A stretch of 64,000 nt of DNA from Acidimicrobiales bacterium. GTDB lineage: Bacteria > Actinomycetota > Acidimicrobiia > Acidimicrobiales > SHLQ01. Below are positions 1 to 9,150 of the stretch, in pieces. A program made the position numbers and the translations under genes. How positions within the stretch are numbered: position 1 is the first letter of the stretch; every line of letters starts with the position of its first letter. The DNA is taken from NCBI GenBank assembly GCA_965216815.1, contig OZ244202.1, forward strand, positions 1,233,762 to 1,297,761, given 5' to 3'. The notes under the pieces are model-generated. The model searched no databases. It was given only the letters and a program-made list of their open reading frames with translations, and was not told the DNA's origin.

Positions 1-788
1 CGACGATGATCGTGGCCGAACGCGGGATGCCGTCGTTGTGGCTGATCGTCGCGACCGTCATCGGCGGCAGCCTCGCGGCGGGCGGAGCGAACGCGGTCAA
101 CATGTATGTCGATCGCGATATCGACGCGCTCATGGAGCGCACCCGCGATCGCCCGCTCGTGACCGGCGTGATCCGCCCGACAGAGGCGCTCGCGTTCGCC
201 GTGGGGCTCGAAGTCGTCGCGTTCGTCTGGCTCTGGGGCTTCGTCAACTTGCTCAGCGCGGTCCTGGCCGTGAGCGCCTGCCTCTTCTATGTGTTCGTCT
301 ACAGCCTGTGGCTGAAGCGGAGGTCGGCGAGCAACATCGTCATCGGCGGTGCCGCCGGGGCTGTGCCGGTTCTCGTGGGCTGGGCCGCGGTCACCAACAG
401 CCTCGACTGGGCACCCGTCGTGCTCTTCGCCATCATCTTCTATTGGACGCCACCACACTTCTGGGCACTCGCGATCCGCTACAAGGACGACTACACAGCG
501 GCGTCGGTTCCGATGCTTCCGTCGGTTCGATCGATGCGTACCGTTGCCCAACGCATCCTTATCTACACGCTGCTCCTCTGGGCGCTCACGCTGGTGTTCG
601 CGGCGGTCGGCGAGATGGGTGCGATATACCTCGTCGCTGCGCTCGCACTGGGAGCCGTCTTCGCCGCCATGGCCATCGGGCTCTTGCGTTCGCCGACCTC
701 GAAGCGGGCCATGCAGCTGTTCCACTATTCGATCACTTACGTGACCTTGTTGTTCGGTGCGATGGCGCTCGACCAGCTAGTGCAGTGA
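1..788 (+). CDS. ctaB: protoheme IX farnesyltransferase (heme O synthase), 5' end outside window
   Basis: ORF 6..788. It carries UbiA-family signatures 'NMYVDRDIDALMERTRDRPL' and 'YWTPPHFWALAIRY' and is polytopic. The usual N-terminal ~40 aa are absent, so the gene probably starts upstream of position 1. Confidence 0.9.
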   Translation, partial: TMIVAERGMPSLWLIVATVIGGSLAAGGANAVNMYVDRDIDALMERTRDRPLVTGVIRPTEALAFAVGLEVVAFVWLWGFVNLLSAVLAVSACLFYVFVYSLWLKRRSASNIVIGGAAGAVPVLVGWAAVTNSLDWAPVVLFAIIFYWTPPHFWALAIRYKDDYTAASVPMLPSVRSMRTVAQRILIYTLLLWALTLVFAAVGEMGAIYLVAALALGAVFAAMAIGLLRSPTSKRAMQLFHYSITYVTLLFGAMALDQLVQ

Positions 789-933
789 CCGAGTCGGCCC
801 TGGCTCCCGTCCGGTTCGTTGCGCCGAACCGATCATGTGTAATGTCCCGCCCCGATGCGCGGATTCGGTCGCACGGCCGCGTAGCATCGCTTGTCGCCCG
901 GTACACGAACGCGTCCCGATCCAGAAGCTGCCC

Positions 934-2544
934 ATGACCCTCACAGAAGCCCCACCGGCCACCGTGGAACCCAGCGTGACCCCCGAGCCCGAGTCGGGCC
1001 TCTATGGCGTGGTCACGAGTACCGACCACAAGACGGTCGGCAAGCTCTACGTGGGCTTCGCACTCCTGTTCGGACTCGTGGCACTGGTCGTGGGTGCACT
1101 CGCTGCTATCGAGGGTGTCGACCCCGACTCGTTCGACATCTTCTCCGATGCCGATGGATTGGCGCAGGCGACGAGCCTGCTCTGGACCGTCGGGTTCTTC
1201 GGGTCGGCGATCCCGCTCCTCATCGGGTTGGCCGCTGTCGTGGTTCCACTCCAGGTCGGGTCGCCGGCGGTCGCCTTTCCCCGTGCGCTCGCAGCTTCGT
1301 TTTGGACCTGGCTCATCGGAGCGTTCCTCCTCGGTCTCGGATACGCCCTCGACGGTGGTCTCGGCGCCAGCGCCGCCGGAAGCGACTCCGAGGCGGTAGC
1401 CCTGAGCGTCGCAGCGATGGGCATGGTCGCGGTAGCGCTCATGCTCGCTCTCGTCTGCCTGGTCACGACCGTCATCGCCCTGCGTCCCGAAGGCATGTCG
1501 CTCTCCCAGGTCCCGTTCTTCGGGTGGTCGATGCTCGTGGCCGGGGCTTTCTGGCTCGCCTCCATGCCCGTGCTGGTCGCCAACGTGCTCGTCGCCTACG
1601 TCGACCTGCGCGGTCGCCCGGCGATCTTCACCGGATCAGAGGACTCGATCGCGGGGCAGTTCGATTGGTTCTTCACGCCGCCCCAAGCACTGCTCGTGCT
1701 GGTCCCCGTGCTCGGCATCGTCGCCGACATCGTCCAAGCGTCGATCCGTGGCCGGCAACGCAACTACGGTCTCGTCCTCGGCGGCATCGCGGTGTTCGGG
1801 CTCCTCTCCTACGCCGCCGACATGCAGACCGCCTTCGACTACAGCATCAGCCCGGTCACAAGCGAGTTCCTCTACCTGGCGGGCGGCATCGCCATCATCC
1901 TGCCGTTCCTAGTCGTCCTCGGCGGCATCCTCGACTCGCTGATCGTGGGTCGTCTGCGAATCGGGACTCCCTCGCCGTCACTTCTCGCGGCGCTCATTAC
2001 GTTCGACCTAGTCGCAGCTGCTGTGGTCACAGCTGTCCTCCGATCGATCGAGCCGCTCGATCTCGTCGGAACGCCGGCCGATAGAGGTGTAGCAGTGCTC
2101 GCTCTCACGGGTGCACTTTGCGGTGCCCTCGCCGGATGGATCCACTGGGGTCCCAAGTTCACCGGCCGGCCCAGACCGAGCGGACTCGCGGTCGGTGCCA
2201 CCGCCGGATTGCTCGTCGGTGGGGCCGTGGCCGGCCTCGCCTTGTTCGTCGCCGGCTTCTTCGACCCGGGCGAGAGCGTGCTCGACACGCTCTCGGCGCT
2301 CACGGCCGTCGGCCTTCTCATCGCAGCGGTTGCCGTCGGCGGAGCGCTCGTAGCCCTGGTCGTGCAGATCGGCGGTCCTGAATCCGATGACGATGGTGAA
2401 TCCGAAGTCGACGTCGACGACGGTGGCGTCACCCTCGAATGGGCGGCTCCGACCCCGCCGCCGCTTGGCAACTTCGCCGAGCCCGTCGGGCCGGTGGCGA
2501 GTCCCCAGCCGCTTCTCGACACCGACGACGGAGACGAGTCATGA
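934..2544 (+). CDS. heme-copper oxidase subunit I-like membrane protein lacking all canonical heme/CuB histidine ligands
   Basis: Start taken at the ATG at 934 inside ORF 835..2544. It aligns end to end with the window's own CtaD ('TDHKTVGKLY', 'VPLQVGSPAVAFPR', 'RPEGMSLSQVPFFGW', C-terminal 'TLEWAAPTPPPLGNF'). The ligand motifs are replaced: TMHG->LLWTVG, GHPEVY->TPPQAL, AHHMF->AADMQ, AHFHY->AVLAL. Only 2 His remain in the protein. Confidence 0.75.
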   Translation: MTLTEAPPATVEPSVTPEPESGLYGVVTSTDHKTVGKLYVGFALLFGLVALVVGALAAIEGVDPDSFDIFSDADGLAQATSLLWTVGFFGSAIPLLIGLAAVVVPLQVGSPAVAFPRALAASFWTWLIGAFLLGLGYALDGGLGASAAGSDSEAVALSVAAMGMVAVALMLALVCLVTTVIALRPEGMSLSQVPFFGWSMLVAGAFWLASMPVLVANVLVAYVDLRGRPAIFTGSEDSIAGQFDWFFTPPQALLVLVPVLGIVADIVQASIRGRQRNYGLVLGGIAVFGLLSYAADMQTAFDYSISPVTSEFLYLAGGIAIILPFLVVLGGILDSLIVGRLRIGTPSPSLLAALITFDLVAAAVVTAVLRSIEPLDLVGTPADRGVAVLALTGALCGALAGWIHWGPKFTGRPRPSGLAVGATAGLLVGGAVAGLALFVAGFFDPGESVLDTLSALTAVGLLIAAVAVGGALVALVVQIGGPESDDDGESEVDVDDGGVTLEWAAPTPPPLGNFAEPVGPVASPQPLLDTDDGDES

Positions 2545-3125
2545 ACGCGCATGCGCTTCCAGCGGCGCCGCCGACCCGGCCGCGCACCCTGTTCATCGCG
2601 ACCACCTTCGCGTCGGTCGGTGTAGTGATGTTCTTCGCTGCGCTCTTCGGCATCTACATCGGTGAGCGATCCAATGTCGTCGGTGCCGGCGGCGACTGGT
2701 TTCCCGAAGGGTCGATCTCGCTCGTGCCGGGCGGGATGATGATGATCACGATGCTCATGTCGGCGGTCACCGTTCAGTGGGCCGTCTACGCGATAGCGCG
2801 CGACGATCGCACCCACACCTACCTCTCGCTCGGCTTGACCGCCCTGCTCGGCGCGGCGGTCATCAACCAGATGGTGTTTGTCTGGATCAACTTCGCCGAG
2901 CCGATCGACGCATCGATCGCAGCGTTGCTGTTCTACGTGATCACCGGAGCGTTCATAGCGCTGCTGGTCGTAGCACTCGTGTTCGTATTTCTTGTCGCCG
3001 TCCGCACGATGGCGGGCAACTACGGCCATCGGAACTCCGATGGCATCACTGCGGCGGCGCTGTTCTGGTACGTGACGGTCGCGGTCTACGCGGCGGTCTG
3101 GTATGCGATCTTCGTGACGAAGTAG
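2541..3125 (+). CDS. heme-copper oxidase subunit III-like membrane protein
   Basis: The ATG at 2541 overlaps the upstream stop (ATGA). This is the tail of ORF 2439..3125. It is a 5-TM protein that aligns with CtaE in this window ('LFIATTFASVGVVMFFAALFGIY', C-terminal 'ALFWYVTVAVYAAVWYAIFV' against 'GLYWHFVDVVWIFIFTVVYL'). Confidence 0.75.
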   Translation: MNAHALPAAPPTRPRTLFIATTFASVGVVMFFAALFGIYIGERSNVVGAGGDWFPEGSISLVPGGMMMITMLMSAVTVQWAVYAIARDDRTHTYLSLGLTALLGAAVINQMVFVWINFAEPIDASIAALLFYVITGAFIALLVVALVFVFLVAVRTMAGNYGHRNSDGITAAALFWYVTVAVYAAVWYAIFVTK

Positions 3126-3130
3126 GCACC

Positions 3131-3964
3131 ATGCTCACAACAGGGTTCAAACTCTTCTATGGAATCGCCATCGCAGCGCTGGTGTCGGCTGCCGTGCTCG
3201 GATACACGAGCGGCGGCAACCACCTAGGTCCACTGACGCTCGGCTACAAGGGCAGCGTCGGGTTCCACTTCGGCTACGTGGTGCTCGTCACCGCAGGTTT
3301 TGCCAGCGGCGCCGTCGGCCTGGTGCTCCAAGCGTTCCGCGATGGCGATGCCGAGGCGGTCGCTCAGGTGGTCGGCACCGAAGTCGCGCCTGTCGGCCAG
3401 ACACCGCTGAACGGCTCGTTCTGGCCGCTGGGTGCAGGCTTCGCCGTAGCGGTCACCCTGGTCGGGCTCATACTGCACCCGGCGATAGCGGTCACCGGCC
3501 TGGCGCTTCTGGCAGTCGTGATCTTCGAATGGACCATGTCGGCGTGGTCAGATCGCGCAACCGGCGATCCGGTTGCCAACCGCGAACTGCGCGACCGCAT
3601 CATGCGCCCCATCGAGATACCGGTTCTCGCATTCGGCGGTGTCGCTGTCATCGTGCTCGCCGTGTCCCGTATCCTCCTGACCTCGAGCAAGCTAGGGGCG
3701 GTCATCGTCGCCACCGTCGTGGCCGCACTCGTGTTCGGCGTTGCCGTGCTGTTGTCCGCTCGCCCCAAGATCAACAAGAACGTCGCGACCGCTGCCGTGT
3801 TGATCGGAGCGGTGGGGGTCCTCACCGCCGGCATCGTTTCGGCCGTAAACGGTGAGCGCGACTTCGAACACCACGGTGAGGAGAGCCATGGCGCCGAGGC
3901 GTCGGTGGACGAAGGCGCCGATGGCGACGAGAGCGGAACCGAAGGTGAGGCGAGCGATGAATAG
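3131..3964 (+). CDS. polytopic membrane protein whose N-terminal half resembles actinobacterial oxidase subunit IV (CtaF-like); acidic C-terminal tail
   Basis: ATG at 3131 within ORF 2777..3964, 5 nt after the upstream stop. 'NGSFWPLGAGFAV...LAVVIFEWTMSAW' recalls the CtaF 'SWWP...FEYY' pattern. About 6 hydrophobic segments. The tail is 'EHHGEESHGAEASVDEGADGDESGTEGEASDE'. Confidence 0.6.
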   Translation: MLTTGFKLFYGIAIAALVSAAVLGYTSGGNHLGPLTLGYKGSVGFHFGYVVLVTAGFASGAVGLVLQAFRDGDAEAVAQVVGTEVAPVGQTPLNGSFWPLGAGFAVAVTLVGLILHPAIAVTGLALLAVVIFEWTMSAWSDRATGDPVANRELRDRIMRPIEIPVLAFGGVAVIVLAVSRILLTSSKLGAVIVATVVAALVFGVAVLLSARPKINKNVATAAVLIGAVGVLTAGIVSAVNGERDFEHHGEESHGAEASVDEGADGDESGTEGEASDE

Positions 3965-5183
3965 ACGCTCCGTTCTGCGCATCGCGCTCGTCGCAACCAT
4001 CGGCCTTCTGCTGGCTGGTTGTGCGAGCGACGCCCCGCTCGACTCACTCGAGCCGAGGGGCGAGAACGCGCGCAACATCGACAACCTCCTGAACCCGGTT
4101 TTTTGGATCGCGGTCGTCGTCTTCGTACTGGTGCTCGGTGCCACGCTGTACATGTCGTGGAAGTTCCGCGTAAAGGAATACGCCGACGACGACTTCCCGA
4201 AGCCCGTCGCCGGCAACACGCTGCTCGAAATCGGGTGGACGCTCGTGCCCGCTGTGATTCTCTGTGTCATCGCGGTGCCCAGCATGGCGCTGCTGTTCGA
4301 CCTCAACGACAACGACAACCTCGACACCGCGTACGAGGACCTCGATGTCGTGGTGGTCGGCCAACAGTGGTGGTGGGAGTTTCGCTACTACTTCGACGGC
4401 TTCGACCCCTCCATCGACGACCTCGACACTCCGGCCGATGTCGTGACGGCCAACCAGATGTACATCCCCGCCGACCAGGACGTGCCGCTGTTCGTGACCT
4501 CTCGCGATGTCGTTCACAGCTTCTCGGTGCCCGTGCTCAACGGAACCAAGGACGCGGTTCCCAACCTCTACAGCCCTTGGAAGATCCAAGCCGACGAGCC
4601 GGGCGTCTACTTCGGCACGTGTCGTGAATTCTGCGGTCTCAGCCACGCCCTCATGCGGACTCAAGTGGTCGCCGTCGAACAGGGCGAGTTCGATCGCTGG
4701 GCGGCCCAAAAACGCGAACCCTACGACGGTCCCGGCGACGTGATGTCCTACGTCGACTCTGCCAAGGCCGCGGCGGACGGCGACGGCGAGGCCGTCGAAC
4801 CGACGACTGCCGAGGGCCGCGGCGCGGCCGTTTTTCGCTCTCAGTGCTCGTCATGTCACCTAATCGACGGCGTGAACGACGACATCTACGACGGTGCCGA
4901 GCTCGTATCGGGCGCGGCGCCCGACCTCACACACTTTGCGTCGCGCAGTTCCTATGCCGGCTCGCTGTTCGAGCTGTACGACCGAGACGGCGGGGTCGAC
5001 CGGAATCAGCTCGAGGCATGGATCCGTAATCCGGCGGCCGAAAAGCCTGCCGACGCAGAAGGCTTGCGCGGCATGCCCGACCTCGGGTTGAGCGAGGATC
5101 AGATCGACGACGTCGTCGCGTTCTTGCTCACCGCGGGCGAGGAACCGAGCGACTTCATCAAGGCAGAGACGGTGGTCGACTGA
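3957..5183 (+). CDS. ctaC: cytochrome c oxidase subunit II with fused C-terminal cytochrome c domain (caa3 type)
   Basis: ATG at 3957 within ORF 3852..5183. Lipoprotein-like signal 'LLLAGCAS'. CuA site 'HSFSVP...CREFCGLSHALM'. C-terminal heme c motif 'CSSCH' with 'RGMPD'. Confidence 0.9.
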   Translation: MNRRSVLRIALVATIGLLLAGCASDAPLDSLEPRGENARNIDNLLNPVFWIAVVVFVLVLGATLYMSWKFRVKEYADDDFPKPVAGNTLLEIGWTLVPAVILCVIAVPSMALLFDLNDNDNLDTAYEDLDVVVVGQQWWWEFRYYFDGFDPSIDDLDTPADVVTANQMYIPADQDVPLFVTSRDVVHSFSVPVLNGTKDAVPNLYSPWKIQADEPGVYFGTCREFCGLSHALMRTQVVAVEQGEFDRWAAQKREPYDGPGDVMSYVDSAKAAADGDGEAVEPTTAEGRGAAVFRSQCSSCHLIDGVNDDIYDGAELVSGAAPDLTHFASRSSYAGSLFELYDRDGGVDRNQLEAWIRNPAAEKPADAEGLRGMPDLGLSEDQIDDVVAFLLTAGEEPSDFIKAETVVD

Positions 5184-5208
5184 TGACCCCGACCCGGAGC
5201 GTGCGCTG

Positions 5209-7236
5209 ATGGCAATCACCGAAGAGCCACCGAAGGAACTCACGACGGGTGAGGATGTGGTCGAGACGATCGAGCGGCCGCTCGGGGTTCTCACCCGCCC
5301 GCAGGGCAGCACAGGGTGGAAGAGCTGGCTGACCACGGTCGACCACAAGCGCATCGGCATCCTCTATGGCGCTGCAGCCCTGGTGTTCTTCGTACTCGGT
5401 GGCCTAGAAGCTCTCGCGATGCGCGTTCAGCTCGCTGCGCCCAACGGCACGTTCCTGTCGGCCGACACCTACAACCAGATGTTCACCATGCACGGCGTCA
5501 CGATGATCTTCCTCGTCGCCATGCCCCTCGCTGCGGCCTTCGCCAACTATCTGCTGCCGCTCCAGATCGGCGCTCGAGACGTAGCGTTCCCGCGGCTCAA
5601 CGCGCTGAGTTTCTGGGTGTTTCTCGCCGGTGGCCTGTTCCTCGTGTCGTCGCAGTTCATAGGCGGATGGTTCACGAACGCGCCCGACTGCGGCTGGTTC
5701 TGTTACCAGCCAAACGGCGGAGTGCTGTTCTCGCCGAGCCGCGGTGTCGACTTCTACGCCGTAGGCATTCAGATCACGGGCATCGCATCGCTGGTGTCGG
5801 CGATCAACCTCATCGTCACGGTGCTCAACATGCGCACACGCGGCATGTCCTTGTTCCGCATGCCTGTGCTGAGCTGGATGCTGCTGGTCACCCAGTTCCT
5901 ACTCCTCTTCGCCATCCCGGTCATCACCGTCGGCCTCTTCCTCGTGATGTTCTCCCGGCTCTGGGGTGCGCAGTTCTTCAACGTGGCCGCAGGGGCCGAG
6001 CCGCTGTTGTGGCAACACCTGTTCTGGATATTCGGCCACCCCGAGGTGTACATCCTCGTGCTGCCGGCATTCGGGATCGTGTCCGAGGTCATTCCCGTGT
6101 TCAGCCGCAAACCGATCTTCGGCTATTCGTTCATGGTCTTCTCGGGCATCGCTATTGGGTTCATGGGCTGGGGCGTGTGGGCCCACCACATGTTCGCTTC
6201 GGGCCTCGGCCCGATCTCGGTCGCAGCGTTCTCGCTGTCGACGATGTTCATCGCCGTGCCCACGGGCGTGAAGATCCTCAACTGGTTGGCGACGATGTGG
6301 GGCGGCAAGCTCAAGTTCGACACGCCGATGCTGTTCGCGGTCGCGGTCATGTCGATGTTCACGATCGGCGGACTGTCAGGTGTGACCCACGCTCTCGCCG
6401 CACCCGACACCCAGCAGACCGACACCTACTACATCGTTGCGCACTTCCACTACGTCGTGTTCGGAGGCATCATCAACGGTCTCTTCGCCGGGTTCTACTT
6501 CTGGTGGCCGAAGGCGTTTGGCTACAAGCTCGACGAAACCTGGGGCAAGGCGAACTTCTGGCTGATGACAATCGGTATGACGCTTACGTTCGGACCGATG
6601 CACGTACTCGGACTCCAGGGCATGAGTCGGCGCTACTACACCTACTCCGACGGGTACGGGTTTGCGTTCTGGAACTTGATCGTCACTATCGGTGCGTTCG
6701 TCATCGCCGTCGGTGTGCTCGCCTTCGTCATCAACATCCTCCTGTCGTGGCGCAGGGCGCAGTCGCTTCCCCCGGTCGGCCCCGATCCTTGGGACGCACG
6801 GACGATCGAATGGATGATCCCGAGCCCCACGCCCGAGCACAACTACGACGAGCTGATCGATGTGCACGGCGTCGACGAGTTCTGGCACCGCAAGTACTCC
6901 TATGACGACGACGGAAACGTGACGCGTATCGCGACTGGCGACGAGATCGCCCAGACGGGCGACGCGACCGATGTTCACCTGCCGTCTCCGTCGTATTGGC
7001 CGATCGTGTTGGCCGCCGGCTTGCCGATCATCGGCTATGGCCTCATCTACAACCTCTGGCTCTGCGTGCTCGGCGGCCTGCTGGTCGTCGCCTCGATCTA
7101 CGGCTGGGTGATGGAGCCCACAGACGATCCCGACGCTGTGCACGACGACCACGACGATGATGACGATGACGACACCGGCGATGCCGACGAACTCGCGTCG
7201 GTGGCAGATTCCGAGGAGGGCAGCGACGATGGCTGA
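5209..7236 (+). CDS. ctaD: cytochrome c oxidase subunit I
   Basis: ORF 5209..7236. All ligand motifs are present ('FTMHG', 'WIFGHPEVY', 'WAHHMF', 'VAHFHYV'). Long Asp-rich C-terminal tail. Confidence 0.95.
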   Translation: MAITEEPPKELTTGEDVVETIERPLGVLTRPQGSTGWKSWLTTVDHKRIGILYGAAALVFFVLGGLEALAMRVQLAAPNGTFLSADTYNQMFTMHGVTMIFLVAMPLAAAFANYLLPLQIGARDVAFPRLNALSFWVFLAGGLFLVSSQFIGGWFTNAPDCGWFCYQPNGGVLFSPSRGVDFYAVGIQITGIASLVSAINLIVTVLNMRTRGMSLFRMPVLSWMLLVTQFLLLFAIPVITVGLFLVMFSRLWGAQFFNVAAGAEPLLWQHLFWIFGHPEVYILVLPAFGIVSEVIPVFSRKPIFGYSFMVFSGIAIGFMGWGVWAHHMFASGLGPISVAAFSLSTMFIAVPTGVKILNWLATMWGGKLKFDTPMLFAVAVMSMFTIGGLSGVTHALAAPDTQQTDTYYIVAHFHYVVFGGIINGLFAGFYFWWPKAFGYKLDETWGKANFWLMTIGMTLTFGPMHVLGLQGMSRRYYTYSDGYGFAFWNLIVTIGAFVIAVGVLAFVINILLSWRRAQSLPPVGPDPWDARTIEWMIPSPTPEHNYDELIDVHGVDEFWHRKYSYDDDGNVTRIATGDEIAQTGDATDVHLPSPSYWPIVLAAGLPIIGYGLIYNLWLCVLGGLLVVASIYGWVMEPTDDPDAVHDDHDDDDDDDTGDADELASVADSEEGSDDG

Positions 7237-7825
7237 AGCCGCGCTCGACACCCACGCACATCCCGAGACCAACACCGGGATGTCGCACAACAAGCTCGCG
7301 ATGTGGGTGTTCCTGGCCTCCGAGTGCCTCCTCTTCGGTGGGCTCATCTCGACATACATCCTCTACAGGCACGACACCAACGGTGGGCCGACGGCGGGCG
7401 ACGTGTTCGACATCCCCTTCACGTCGGTCAGCTCCTTCGTGTTGCTCCTCAGTTCGCTCACGATGGTGCTCGCGTTGTCGGCGCTTCAGCGAGGCGACGA
7501 GTCGCGCAACCGCCTTTGGCTGATCACGACCGCGCTCCTCGGAGCGGTCTTCATCGGAGGCCAGGTCTACGAGTTCACCGGCTTCCTCAGGGAGGGTCTC
7601 GGGTTCACCACGAGTCCGTTCAGCTCGTCGTTCTTCACGCTCACCGGGTTCCACGGCGTCCACGTGAGCATCGGCATCGTGATGCTGATGTCGCTCGTGG
7701 TTGTATCGCTGAAGGGAGACCTTCCGAAGGAGCGTGCCGAGACCGTCGAGATCGTCGGCTTGTACTGGCACTTCGTCGACGTGGTGTGGATCTTCATCTT
7801 CACCGTCGTCTACCTGACCGTGTGA
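7229..7825 (+). CDS. ctaE: cytochrome c oxidase subunit III
   Basis: ATG at 7229 overlaps the ctaD stop by 8 nt (ORF 7157..7825). Motifs 'FFTLTGFHGVHVSIG' and 'GLYWHFVDVVWIF'. Confidence 0.9.
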   Translation: MAEAALDTHAHPETNTGMSHNKLAMWVFLASECLLFGGLISTYILYRHDTNGGPTAGDVFDIPFTSVSSFVLLLSSLTMVLALSALQRGDESRNRLWLITTALLGAVFIGGQVYEFTGFLREGLGFTTSPFSSSFFTLTGFHGVHVSIGIVMLMSLVVVSLKGDLPKERAETVEIVGLYWHFVDVVWIFIFTVVYLTV

Positions 7826-7835
7826 GGATCGAACG

Positions 7836-8162
7836 ATGACCCAGACCGTTTCGCCCGACACCACCGAAGATCACGAGCACGACCATCCATCCGACCGCAC
7901 CTACGTCGGTATCGCGATCGTGCTGGCGATAATCACCGCGGCCGAGGTGCTCACCTACTTCGTCGACATCGGCGACGCCCTCATACCGGCCCTGATGATC
8001 ATGATGGTCGCCAAGTTCTTCCTCGTGGCAGCGTTCTTCATGCATCTCAAGTTCGACATCCCGATGTTCACTCGTCTGTTCGTCGGAGGCATAGCTCTGG
8101 CGACGATCGTGTACGTGGTGATGCTTACCGCCTTTCAGTTCTGGGACACTTTCGACTTCTGA
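7836..8162 (+). CDS. ctaF: cytochrome c oxidase subunit IV (small Bacillus/caa3-type subunit)
   Basis: ORF 7836..8162. A 3-TM, 108-aa protein with 'KFFLVAAFFMHLKFD', sitting directly after ctaE. Confidence 0.8.
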   Translation: MTQTVSPDTTEDHEHDHPSDRTYVGIAIVLAIITAAEVLTYFVDIGDALIPALMIMMVAKFFLVAAFFMHLKFDIPMFTRLFVGGIALATIVYVVMLTAFQFWDTFDF

Positions 8163-8210
8163 CGTCTCTGGGTCGGCACATCACATGCCGGTGCCCACAA
8201 AAGAGGACCG

Positions 8211-9140
8211 ATGCTCGCCGTTTCGATAGCCGGTTTCGAAGCACACCCCGAGATCTGGCTGATGGTCGCTGCAATCGCCGGTTTGGGCATCTACGCCGTA
8301 CGCGTCATCGGACCGAAGGCGGTTCCCGAAGGCGAGCCGGTGGTCACGGGCCGCCAGAAGCTCTACTTCTGGGCCGGGCTGTTGCTGTTGTGGATCGCTG
8401 CTGACTATCCGGTGCACGAGATCGGCGAACAGCAGCTCTATTCGGTGCACATGCTGCAACATCTCGCGTTCACGTTCTTCGTACCCCCGCTGTTCCTCAT
8501 GGCGACCCCCCGCTGGTTGGTCGATTTGGTGATGACTCCGGGGCGGGTCGTCGACCGGTGGTTTCGCAGGCTGGCCTTGCCCGTCGTCGCGGGCGTGTTG
8601 TTCAACTTCGTTCAGGCTCTCACCCACTGGGAGAAGGTGGTCGAGCTGTCGGTCGAGAACGGGCTGTTCCATTACCTCGTTCACCTACTCGTGTTCACGA
8701 CCGCGCTGTTGATGTGGGTGCCGGTCGTCGGACCATTCCGCGAGCTGCAGCTCAGCCCGTTCGGCAAGTGCATCTACCTGTTTCTCATGTCGGTGATTCC
8801 GACGATCCCAGCGGCGTGGCTCACGTTCGCAGAGAACCCGGTCTATGACGTGTACGACCATCCTGACCGCCTGTGGGGTGTTTCGGTCGCTGACGACCAA
8901 CAGGCGGCCGGCATGGTCATGAAGATCCTCGGCGGGTTCTACCTCTGGGCGGTCATCGCGGGGATTTTCTTCCGCTGGTCGGTCGACCAGAGAAAGCAGG
9001 ACGTGATCGATCGTGAGCGCTACCGCGAGGAGAGGGAGCGAACACTGGACCGACCCGACGAGAGCGACGATGCCCTCACCTTCGCCGACATCGAGGCGCG
9101 ATTCGAAGACGTGCCACCCCCCGCCGACCGGGTTCCCTGA
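8211..9140 (+). CDS. ctaG: cytochrome c oxidase assembly factor CtaG (caa3_CtaG family)
   Basis: ORF 8211..9140. Polytopic, with 'YSVHMLQHLAFTFFVPPLFLMATP', located downstream of ctaCDEF. Confidence 0.85.
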   Translation: MLAVSIAGFEAHPEIWLMVAAIAGLGIYAVRVIGPKAVPEGEPVVTGRQKLYFWAGLLLLWIAADYPVHEIGEQQLYSVHMLQHLAFTFFVPPLFLMATPRWLVDLVMTPGRVVDRWFRRLALPVVAGVLFNFVQALTHWEKVVELSVENGLFHYLVHLLVFTTALLMWVPVVGPFRELQLSPFGKCIYLFLMSVIPTIPAAWLTFAENPVYDVYDHPDRLWGVSVADDQQAAGMVMKILGGFYLWAVIAGIFFRWSVDQRKQDVIDRERYREERERTLDRPDESDDALTFADIEARFEDVPPPADRVP

Positions 9141-9150
9141 CGCGACCCTT

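Noticed and set aside
835-933. Upstream extension of the subunit-I-like ORF ('MCNVPPRCADSVARPRS...').
   Set aside because: It looks non-coding (Cys/Arg/Pro-rich). Homology to CtaD begins after the ATG at 934.
1872-3029. 385-aa minus-strand ORF antisense to the subunit-I-like and subunit-III-like genes.
   Set aside because: It is Arg/Pro/Ser/Thr-rich low-complexity translation, typical of the wrong frame in GC-rich DNA. The plus-strand frames carry clear family homology.
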